Shown one piece after another: positions 53,190-64,000 of a stretch of 64,000 nt of DNA. Every line of letters starts with the position of its first letter. The stretch's first letter is position 1. Where the stretch lies: positions 11,780,001-11,844,000 of the forward strand of contig CM120649.1 in assembly GCA_051362555.1 (NCBI GenBank), given 5' to 3'. Both the position numbers and the translations under genes were made by a program. Source of the stretch: Lingula anatina. Its lineage: Eukaryota; Animalia; Brachiopoda. The notes below the pieces were generated by a model. It made no database searches. It was not told the origin of the DNA and saw only the letters and a program-made list of their open reading frames with translations.

Positions 53190-54242
53190 ATGGCCTTGGC
53201 ATTGATCGTATTTCTGATGTCTTCGGTGAGCCAGGTTATCGTAGCCGGTACCACTGGTAAAGTTCCCTACGCTATCTGTCACTGCTTTTTGATAAATGCT
53301 TTTAAGCGGGTGTTAAAAAGACATACCATGTGTGTTAAACCTTTTATAGCAAACGAATGTGCTTTCCTCAAAATGTCAACGCTTTTCCCATTAACTAACG
53401 TACAATGTACATGTAGCCCTACATGTATATCCTTCCAATGACCGCTGATAAAATTAGGATCAATAAACCTGACTTCGAGTTTTTAATTTGGTTTTACCAT
53501 TACGAATGAAATTGACCTAGCTGTCTCCACTCCCACCACGTGACTGATTCAAAAACTTAAAACTTACAACTCAAAAAACCTGTGAAGGGCTACCAGTAGA
53601 TTGCAATCCTGTAGGCCTAAACGGGTTTAGGTGTGGAATAATTTGGTGATTAGGGGATTTGGGGATTAGGGGATTAGACCCACCCCCTCCCCATTTCCGT
53701 TGGTATTCTCCCTTGATTTGAGTAACTTGACTGCCAAATTCAATTTCAAATCTGAAATACATTGCATTGTGTGATGTTTGCAAAGCTGATTGTCCCGGTA
53801 TCAAAGAAACGTTGAAGGTTAAGACAGAAATAGAACAAATACAAATGATCATTTTCCTGTGTACAGAATTGGAATATTCGTACAACGAGGCATGATACCA
53901 TCTTACGTTCTTACTGTCGGATATCCACGAACTTGGCACCCTTGAGATATCGACCTAATTACCTGCTAAGGCAAACGCCTCACCCCTCCGGGCAATTTAT
54001 CGACAAATGCATAACGTCACGCCTTTGTGATCGCGCCGCGGTGTATTTGCCGGTCAATGTCTGGTCGATTTAGTCAATGTTTACATTTAACAGATTTTAT
54101 TTTAGAACGAGCCGGAAAAGTCTGTCTATTTGTAAAATAAAATGGATATTAACATACAGTACGTAAATGTGTGTATGCGATATTTTTATCCGTTCTCATT
54201 TTGATGTTTCACCATAATCATAATTGTCATTATTGTAAGTTG

Positions 54243-54294
<52 letters not shown>

Positions 54295-57200
54295 TATTTT
54301 TCAATTATTATTTTAATCAAAATACGCACGTCAAAGGTTCGGATTAAACCGTTTCTGCGATCTTTTACGGAGAAAAATGAGTTGGCGAATTTCGTTTTAA
54401 TTTGAACGTGTACTGACAGAACTGGCAGACACCCACATTAAATAGGTTGTTTTTATTTAGTATCAACATTTCAATCATTGTCTTTAGCAACACAATACAC
54501 TACCTATACAGGATATGCGGCGCCAGGGGGTATGAAACAAGATGGCGACCTTAATACCGAATACCTTTGTCTGGACGCATGCCGACAAGACCACACGTAA
54601 GCGCTTATTTAACTTTATGTTAAAACATTTATTAATTGATTATTCATCTATCTATCTTGACTTCTATCTATTTGTCTATTTACCACAATCATTAAGATGC
54701 CTCATACTTTGACTAGTATATATCCATCGAAGTGAGAATTTAATACATGTACAGTAGGGCAATTACGTTTTGTGATTGGAAATGAAACTACAAAACTACC
54801 TTTTTGTATGTAGGGCAAACCTGTGTGAAAGTATTTTGGTGGCTTTGCTTCCAAAGTGTATATGTATTTGGTTATGAGACGATACCTTTAACTTTGTTAA
54901 TGTAAAGTCTGTTTAACCTACTCTAGATGTGTTTCTGCCGATTTTCACCATAAGATGGCGGTGTGTATTTTCCATGACGCCGTTGACAACTGTGGCGCCA
55001 TCTTTCAAACAAACTGCTGCTCTCACTACAGGAAGGAGGCATGCGCCTCCTCAGACGGTGAGGTTTGACCCGCGAGCCTGTTCTAGAAAAAAATTAGTTC
55101 TATGCAAAAATATCAACTTATGACTTTCACTTTCTTTCGCTTTCTTCATTAATTTAGATCTATAGAAATATTTATATCGGTTCATGTCAAGAACTTACTA
55201 TTAAGGTATACATTTCCAACAAAAACGTTTTTGTTTGGAAAGTTTGTCTAAGAAAGCACTAACCTTGTAAATTTCTTTTTCATTCTTCATGTAGCTTGCA
55301 ACGCGACCTTTATATCGTCTAACGGCACCATTATTTCTCCGAACTACCCACAATATTACCCAAACAACATAAAATGCACAGCCCGAATTCTTCCGCCTCC
55401 AGATATCTACATGATGTCGCTTACGTTCTCTTATTTTTGGACCCTCTGTTACGACTACATGAGTGTAAGTATACATGTAATGTATTTTTTTTTTCAAATA
55501 GGCATAACATAAGCTCTCCATACACGGGGCTCGTGTGGGCTTTTTCGTGGGGTTCACATGGGTCAAGGTGTCCTTATCCTGGGTTTTGAATGGGTCCCAG
55601 TTAATCATGTTGTGCGTTCTTATGGGTCAGAGATGGGTTCTTATGGGTCAGAGATAGGTTTTGTTATGGTTTCCACACGTTTAATCAAATGATTTTCGCA
55701 TGCTGACTGAATGACTAGGGCCTAATTACTTACACACTGTACATGTAAATGGCGCTTTTAAGTAAGATCTCATTTAAGTATATATAAACTTATGTATTCA
55801 AGAATATGAATACAAGAGGTGGGCATGCAATGGCTAATTATTCATAATCAGCAAAATAGCATCGTACATACTTATACGTTCAGTCCTGTTGAAAGAACAC
55901 CTGAAACCATTGGCCCAGCTGCAGCGTTTAACTGACATGTTATATACATATTAACTTGAGACGGGCATTTGCTTTTTAAGCTGACATAATCGGTCCGTTT
56001 TCCCATTCCCTTAGGTGACATCCGTCAAAACAGGATGGCGGAAGTTCACTATGTGCGGATACTATGAAATATTCCAAACTCATGGCTGGGGGTTCGAGGT
56101 GGTATTAAGAACCAACTCCCAGGGGGCTTCTTACGGATTCGAGGCAGACTTTATTATTCTTAATGGTAGGCTATACCGCAACTTCGTATCCATAAACCCT
56201 GATACGTTTACATCTTTCCATAGAATATACACCCAGATTTGTGATCGAATAAAAAGATGATCGAGTTGTTGAAAGGATTGACTAAATGGTACAATCGTAC
56301 CCACAAGCGGACACGCACAGCACTTGCCATTCCACCAAGTATATGATAGCCAATACTTGCAATCCTCACAAAAAAATACTTTCAATTCTCATTATGCGTA
56401 TATCTATTATATAATAAATTATCAACGATAAATTGATTGTCTGAACTTATCTCTGTGGTTTGGCTTGAAGAGTTCCAAATATATATTTATGTTGCTTATT
56501 CCTTTATTTTGTAGACACCTGTAATGAGATCGTACCCGAGGGGGCGCTACAAATCAGTTCTCCAGATTTCCCTAATCGCTACCCGGTAGACGTGGACTGT
56601 GTGTACGTCTTCAAGCCGCTGTCCAATGGGTCTGCCATACGGCTGGTCTTCTCCACGTTTGAGCTAGAAGCAGATGACGATTGTTTATATGATTATCTAA
56701 AGGTTGTGACTCATATTTTTATTTAGGTTCATTTTATTCATTCTAAGCGATACGAATATTGGGGCGGGTAATTTAATATCATTAAATGAATATTCCACAT
56801 TATTTCAAAATAACTTTTGCACACGATAAAATTTGTTATATTTAACGCACGGGGTACCCATTTAAATTAAGACCGTAGGCTGTGATGGCTGAGGCACAGA
56901 ACTGTCAGTAGTCCACATAGGTTTTTGAAAAAATTAATGGGGGGGGGGAGGAAAGGGTCTTCATTATCCGTTTCATTTTTCCTTTCAACCCTTCTATCAG
57001 GACTACATGACATTTGCATCAGCGTAGTGTCTACCATACGATGTTGTGTTGGGTTTTTTCTTTTTACACCTTTTAGTCATTTTACACGTCATATACTTCT
57101 TATGTTGCAGTTTTATGACTACACGTATGACAAGTTCATGGGCTACTTCTGCGGCTTCAAAGCAGCGCTGACTATGATGAGTAACACTGGCATTCGGTTG

Positions 57201-57406
57201 CTATTTCATTCGGACAGAGCCGTACGGAGGGATGGATTCTCCGCAGACATTACAACGACTAATGGTGAGTAGCTTGTATTGCAGTGTAGCAATAAATTTT
57301 GAAGCAAAGAAAGCAATGCAAAAGCGTCTAAAACGGGTAAAGTGTGTCGACAGTCCCAATTCGTGTACACAGTTCTGTTTTATTTATTAACGGTACATGT
57401 GTCAAT

Positions 57407-57450
<44 letters not shown>

Positions 57451-59038
57451 GCACGCTACATGCAGGCCTACCGTACAGTATGACGCGCGAATAGTTTGCT
57501 TCATGTGATAAAAATACTGTGGTCGATATGGCAGTGTGACAGGAATGGTAGTCCGCTAGGAACCATAGTCTGTTATCTGTTAGTTTCTACAGGTGCTATT
57601 CGTTCCATATATACCAGCCCCAATCCTCCGGCAAACCATAACCTGTACTTATCATATGGGACCGCGGACTTCCATTCCCAAACCACCGTTCCTGTCACAC
57701 CTGTCAAAATTTCATATTTTTCAATGCAGACTGCGGAGGTAAATATGTGGACGTGTCTGGTCATATTTCGTCTCCTGGTCATCCATCGCCCTACCCTAAG
57801 AACAGCAATTGTGTGTACGAAATATCAACCACCAGAGCAGACGAAACCGTAGTTCTTGAATTTACACGCGTAAATTTGGACTATGGCTACTTTCATCCTT
57901 GTCCGGACTACGTAGAGGTAACCAAAAGATTTAATTCTTTTTTAACATTTCGATATTTCACTCATTTTGGTCCAGGTCTGAGAAATATCGACCTCAGTGA
58001 CAGGACGCCGTTATGGCGCGTGGCCTCTTGATCACGTGACCCCGATTCCATTTTACTGGTATGTACACCGTAGGCTATCCGGGATCCATGTTTTCTGCGT
58101 GATAAACAATTAAAAGCATTCAAGTTTAACCAAATTCAAAATTTATTTCATTATGGTACAAAATATAGTTCTCTATTTTCTTATCAAATAATATAACTCT
58201 ACAAATGCAGAGTAGGTTGCTGTGCATATCTTGTAGGCCCTACCCAAAATGTTGCCTTTTATAATTATATTTGGTATACTTTTTTGCCTTTGATCTTTAA
58301 GATATGGGACGCATCGGGGGAAATACGAAACCTAACTCGAATATGCCAGCACAATACACCAGCTGTTGTGAATGCTTCCTCTCTGTTGGTCTTCTTTTTT
58401 TCAAATGACTATGAATCGGCGAACCACGGAGACGGCTTTTCGGCAACGTTTACTATAGGTACAGACTTCTTTTAAATGTTTTACGTAGCTTAATAGAAAT
58501 GAAGCAACAGTAAACGGGATGTTGGTTCTTTTAATTTTCCTTGTACAGGTATTTATTGGTCATCTGTCCATTGAGTTTTAGACTATAGATTCCGATTCAC
58601 ATACAGTGAAAATGTACTTTTGAGAAGCCAAAGACATCACTGAGAATAAAATCGGAGTCCAAGTGACTCCAAACTTGGAGTCCAGCAGTGGTGCCTAAAA
58701 TAACTCCCAATTGGAGTCAAGTTGACTCCGATGGAGTACCGCCATCCCAGACCCCAGAGAAGGGTCACAATTGACTCCATTCACACATCCCTTCATCCTT
58801 GATTTATCTCTACAAAAGAGTCATCATGACCCCATATTAAGGAATTTTTGACTCCTTGGCTCATTATGAAAAAATGGTGCCAAGCGGGGAGATAGCAGGT
58901 ACCATTTATTAAAGACCGGTCTGTCCCCGGTAAGGTTTTAACCCATGTCCTACCGCTCCGGCGGCGGACACTCTCACCACAAGGCCATCCGGTCGCATAA
59001 GGCGATGATAGAACAGCAAATCTGGTAATAAACAATAT

Positions 59039-59097
<59 letters not shown>

Positions 59098-62000
59098 ATG
59101 AGCGAGCATACCTCCCCAGTGACATGCATTGGCGGGTCAAACCTACAACCTGGAAGCAAAACCTGCTGACCTGTTTACCAACATATCACATAAAGGGTGT
59201 GGGCAACTGAAAGCCTGGGGCAGTAATAAGTGCACGAGTTCTGTATGCAAAAGCACACAGAAAACCACTTGTTCGTGCATAAATCCAACTATGGCCAATA
59301 AAGTAATGTTTATACTGACAAAGGATGATGAAAACTGTTCTCTTCACGCCGTCTGACTCTGATTTTAGAGTCAGATTGACTCCATGAGAGCCAGGGGGTG
59401 ATTGACTCTGATAAGAAAGTCTAAAGACTCTGGTAGTGGGGTAATTTGACCCTTATATAGGAGTCAAATTAACTCCATGAGGGTCAAGGGGTGCTGGACT
59501 CTGACTAGAGAGTCGAATGACTCCATTTTTATTCTCAGTGATGTCTTTTACACAAACGGGGTAGTAGTGTCCGTTTGTACTTAAAAATTACACTGTGAAT
59601 ATACTATTTTAGAGCTTTATTTTATCAGTAAAACACTTTTAGGACAGGAGTCCCAGTGAATTTCGCCAGTTTCGCATTGTGTCCAAAGCTAATATTCAAA
59701 ATGACTGCTATTAAATGACGAAGCTTTAAAATTGAATTGGATTTCACAAAAATTGATTTGATTCGTTATCCAACAGTACAAACACGAAATGAAGACAACA
59801 GCTCATCCGATCTTGCTACTGCTACGACTGCCAGCTACGGGTACGTGTCACCTTCTGCGTTGACGTCATCTAGCATTTCTTATGACAGCAACGAATCTGG
59901 GTTTGGTACGACCGGCAGTTTCACGACTTCGTCCAGGTTTTTTTCAGCGTCAGGAGTGCCTCTTACTAATACTGGGGAGAGTTTGGAATTTATCCCAACA
60001 CCATTGGCAACTCTTACCCCAGAGTTTAATTTGCCCACCAGGACCTCAACAGCGCCATCTAGTTTTGCTTCCAATACTCAGGAGACAATGCAGTTCAGAA
60101 AAGACTTTGCCACTGACACTTACAGTGCATCGTTAACGGTACTGAGTGTCTCCGCTAGCATCGGACCCAGTTACTTTTCAAAATCACCAACAGGTGGTTT
60201 TGTCCACACTTCGATTTTAGAGTCTCTGACAAAGAGAGATCCATCAGATGTCGCCAGTGTCTCAGCCTCGATGTCAAATGACTTTACAAGTAGGCCTACC
60301 GATGAACCCCACAAATCTGACTCAGTGTCATTTTTAACCACCAGTGACATTTCCTCCTTGTCTGTCATTAATTCTGCTATTGATGGTGGCCCGGTTCCTA
60401 ACTTGGCCATCATCTTAAACGGCGGCGACTCATCTCACTTGTCTACAGTGACTGCGCCATGGATGGACGTTTTCGGCTACGGCGAGACATCGACTACAAA
60501 TATCCAAACGCCAGGGGTAAGAAATGACCCGCCCGCAAATGCCATCGACGACAGAGAGACAATTACTACGTCTAGCCAGCCTCCTCCCCAGTGCCCTAGC
60601 GTTCCCCTGGTTCAGAACGGGCAATACCGTCGTACCAGCACTGCCGTGGGGCCGTTGATAGTGTATTCCTGTGATGAGGGATACACGTTTGTGAATCCAA
60701 ACACGCCCCACAGCATTTTGTGTATGGTAAACGGGACTTGGAATTTCTCAAATTCCATCCAATGTGAACGTGAGTATACTTTTGGGCTATCTGCGATGGT
60801 CCGTAGGACAGCCCCGTAGACAGGGGGGTTCGGGCGGGGGTCCGAAAGTACCCCCTTTTGTCGGAAAAGGACCCCTCTGGGTAAAATTTTATCAAAGTAC
60901 ACGAAGGTTTTATGGTAAAAGGTCCACATTTTTAGAAAAAGAACCCCTTCAGAAATTGCTGGCTACGAACCTCTTTTAGCCTACCGGTAGATGGTGTTTC
61001 TTAATACATTCATGTCATCTTCTGTTGTTATTTCATTTAGGTTTAGGGAATGATTAAGCTTGATTTTCACTTTTCCTTGAAAATAATCATTATCAATGCA
61101 TTAAATTGCTTCTTTTTTTTTTCAATTTTAGTGAATGATTTAGATGTTGATCGTACAATATGGCACCTTATAGCCTATTGTACGATTTCGATTTTGATTA
61201 CCTGATTTTTTATTGTCATTGCAAAAGGTATAGGCTTGTTTACATGTAGATGTATTGGGAACGTAGTGTGTATTAGTGTATTTTCGTAAATAAAGTATTT
61301 GAGAATTTAGCATTTATCGGTGAGCAGTTTTCGCTCCTCAAACAGATAGGCCTATATGTGCTAGCTCTAGCGTTATTATTCTTTTTCACGGTTTTCTTGA
61401 TTTGGTTTGATTTTTACACCTGTTACTGGAACATAGAGCGAAAATTGTCTTAAAAGCGCAACCTTGATATTTGCTTTGATGATCAGATTTCAATGGTTTG
61501 GTTAAAATTAATATTTAATATTAGATTAGATACCAATGTACGTATGCAGATGCACATGTGTTTCATATTTCAGTGATTGTTTGTACAATTCCAAGCGGTG
61601 TTACCGATATTACTCATGTCAGCAGATCAGAACTTATTCAGTACAACAATTGGGTGAGGTATTCCTGCCTAAACGGCTCCGTGTTTCCCGATGGTGGCGT
61701 AAGTCGACGCGTCCGTTGTGTTTCCAAGAAAAGATGGATCCCAGACTTTATTGGCTGTTCCAGTATGTGAGGATATGTGGATTTTTCCTTAGCGACAAAC
61801 AATGTAGATCTTTCTTCCTTGCAACTGCTCACTTTTAACTAATGTTAAATAATTGTTGCCTGGCATTTGGCATCAGTTGATTGGTTTTAGAGTAGTTGAA
61901 ATGCTATATAACAGATAGCTAAGTATAGAGCAAACTTTTCCACTTCATGATATAAATATTTGTCTTAGTTTTGCAAGTTTATTCGAAGTCAATTAATATT

Positions 62001-62298
62001 TAATGTATACGTTTTGAGCCTCTTTTTCGTGCTTCCTGGGGAAGATATTATCATTGACAAACTTCATTAACTATTCAATTCAGACACCAGTCTTCGTCTT
62101 CCTGCGTCATCACGTAGTCATGGGAACATCCGCTTGGAGGCGCCATTTGCTGGAGTAATAGGAACCTTCGGGATAGTGATAATTTGCGTCATCATCGGAA
62201 CAATCGTCGTTTCTGATCTAGCAACCTTAAAGCAGCATTTACGAAAAATGAGAAAGAATCTGAAGAAAAATGGGTCTTACGAGAAATGCAAGGCCTAA
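53190..62298 (+). CDS. Type-I membrane protein B, tandem paralog of A (PAN-like, 3 CUB, mucin, 2 sushi, TM)
   Basis: Exons approx. 53190-53256 (signal MALALIVFLMSSVSQVIVA), 54488-54596, 54927-55057, 55295-55463, 56015-56165, 56515-56702, 57111-57264, 57730-57917, 58302-58458, 59776-60769, 61574-61763, 62084-62298. Exon-for-exon homologous to gene A. Confidence 0.88.
58638..59540. mobile_element. Non-autonomous CACTA/EnSpm-like DNA transposon
   Basis: Ends cactgagaataaaa / ttttattctcagtg, AT on both flanks, many subterminal ggagtc/gactcc repeats at both ends. Confidence 0.8.
58875..58995 (-). mobile_element. tRNA-derived SINE fragment nested in the CACTA-like element
   Basis: Minus strand: A-box-like tggccttgtggtgagagtg, B-box-like ggttaaaacc, then aaatggtacctgctatctccccgcttggcac resembling a conserved SINE central domain (from memory, Nin/Deu-type). 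Confidence 0.55.
60809..60973. mobile_element. MITE family B, copy 2 (degenerate)
   Basis: Alignable with 41842-42007 (ggaaaagg.cc.ctctgggt, ttttatggtaaaaggtcca, gaaattgctg.ctacg). Confidence 0.75.
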
Positions 62299-63585
62299 TA
62301 CGGAGAAGGAAAGACCTTGACTTTGAAATAAAATATTATATTTAATGCATTGACACCTGATTGACCGGTCACGTGACCATCATGAGACTGGCGTTGGTTC
62401 TTTTCTCGGTAAAATTCAAGGAATATAAATAAAGACGACAATATTATGAACTGTAATTTTTATCATTAATATTCTATTTCTTTATATAAAAGTGTGCTGA
62501 GAAAAAAAAGCGCAAGCATTTCAAAAAAATGAAAATTAAATAAAAACAATATTGTGTATTAACAGGGAAGATAAATACAGGGGTAAGTCGGATAAGTAGG
62601 TCAATTAACTATCAAAATTTTTGAAGGTGCAGTTTCAAAGCTCTATCATGGCTGAACGAGTGATTAATTCTGTTTATCCAGTGCCACATCGACTTTATTG
62701 GAGTCGTAAACGAAACAAGTAGAAGCTGCTTAATGTCCGTTACTGGGAATACACGCTCGGTTCAAACGTATCCTTAACTGCATTCAGCATTCCAGTTATG
62801 CGTTAGAACATTAATACATTCTATATCACTCACTAGGGTCATGGCCGTTGTGATACTTAATAACAAGATTAATGCCCAACAATGCCTGATAAATTATGTC
62901 TAACAGCAGAGAAAATTAGTTTTAAACCATACACAAAATGAAGTCGGCGGTTTAGGTTTAAAAGCTGTGCGCCCAGCTGGTTGAATACCCAAAGATTATA
63001 TGTTGTTAATTATATTGTTTGAATAATTGAAAGATAAAAGAGATGGTGATGTTTTATTTCACTTTGGCATCATTTTAATGTAGCATAATTTACACGTGTG
63101 TACTGCACAAAACAAAAGTTTTATGGGACATCAAAGTTTGAGAAGCCATGCTTATCCGTCACATGGGCTTTTAAGTTCAGTCAATAAAAAAACGTAAATA
63201 ACGTACTAATTTGTAAAAACTTATACTGAATCGCGCACATTTCGTTTTGAATCATACACTTAACTACAAAAATGACGTATATATCCATTATAAGATTTAC
63301 ACTAAAGTCAAGCGATGAGGGTTAGACCTGCACTTAGCAAACGTTCTAGTTTCCCGAAAATTTGAACACTTTTTCCTTAATTGTGGAATGTGGATTATTG
63401 AAAGAATACGAAAAACAAATTCATTAAGGTTTTGTTCCGGAAAGCACTTTTAATTGCACAAGAATGCATCATTTTTGGCAGAATTGAAAACAAAAGAAAA
63501 GAAAAAATCTAAAAAATCAAATACAACTGAATAAAGCTGTTCTTGCTACGAGACTGGTTCGTCTTGCATCTACCAGTAACATGCT

Positions 63586-63724
63586 CTATTTCAGATCGGA
63601 GTCAAACTCGCCGGGAGCAATCTTGCCATCCTTTTCCACGTCCATGGCATGAAATGTTGCCTCGAGATCAACACCGGTGTCCCTTAAGGCCCTCTTATGC
63701 TCGTCCATAGAAATGTAGCCGTCA
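63586..63724 (-). CDS. Terminal exon of an EF-hand calcium-binding protein (gene extends beyond the window)
   Basis: After acceptor ttttag: DGYISMDEH KRALRDTGVDLEATFHAM DVEKDGKIAPGEF DSDLK*, i.e. two EF-hand loops. Missed by the ORF track. Confidence 0.8.
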
Positions 63725-63766
63725 CTAAAAGGATTTTAATATGTGAAACGCACCACTTTCACAAAA

Positions 63767-63797
<31 letters not shown>

Positions 63798-64000
63798 ATG
63801 AATGAATGAATAAATAATAATAACAAACTTATGGTCAGATTTATTTGTAAAATATACACATAACCATGATAAGGATAAATCTCTTAAGAGTTCATCTTAC
63901 TGCGGCAAGTAAAATAACTAAACTCTTATCACTATTTACTTATGTTACGGACAGCTACAACCAAAATGTACATATATAATGACATATTAATTATATTTAT

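Overview
AT-rich, intron-containing animal genomic DNA, probably a lophotrochozoan invertebrate (inferred from gene content). Left to right: (1) a ~2.1-kb tandem duplication carrying two dynein light chain LC8 genes, plus a third geneless partial unit; (2) an 11-coding-exon clan-2 cytochrome P450 on the minus strand with a 5'-truncated LINE in one intron; (3) three tandem U1 snRNA genes and a truncated U1 pseudogene, with unusual Sm-site and loop sequences and DNA-transposon insertions in the spacers; (4) a ~13-kb minus-strand gene for an atypical polycystin-1-like protein (signal peptide, TM1, PLAT, TM2-3, very large loop with a duplicated Cys/His domain, TM4-5, stop) with no visible REJ/GAIN ectodomain or channel domain; (5) two tandem paralogous type-I membrane proteins (PAN-like, 3 CUB, mucin, 2 sushi, TM); (6) the last exon of an EF-hand protein. 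Many MITEs and microsatellites lie between these. Gene models were spliced by eye, so exon boundaries may be off by a few bases. The best candidates for novelty are the channel-less polycystin and the variant U1 cluster.
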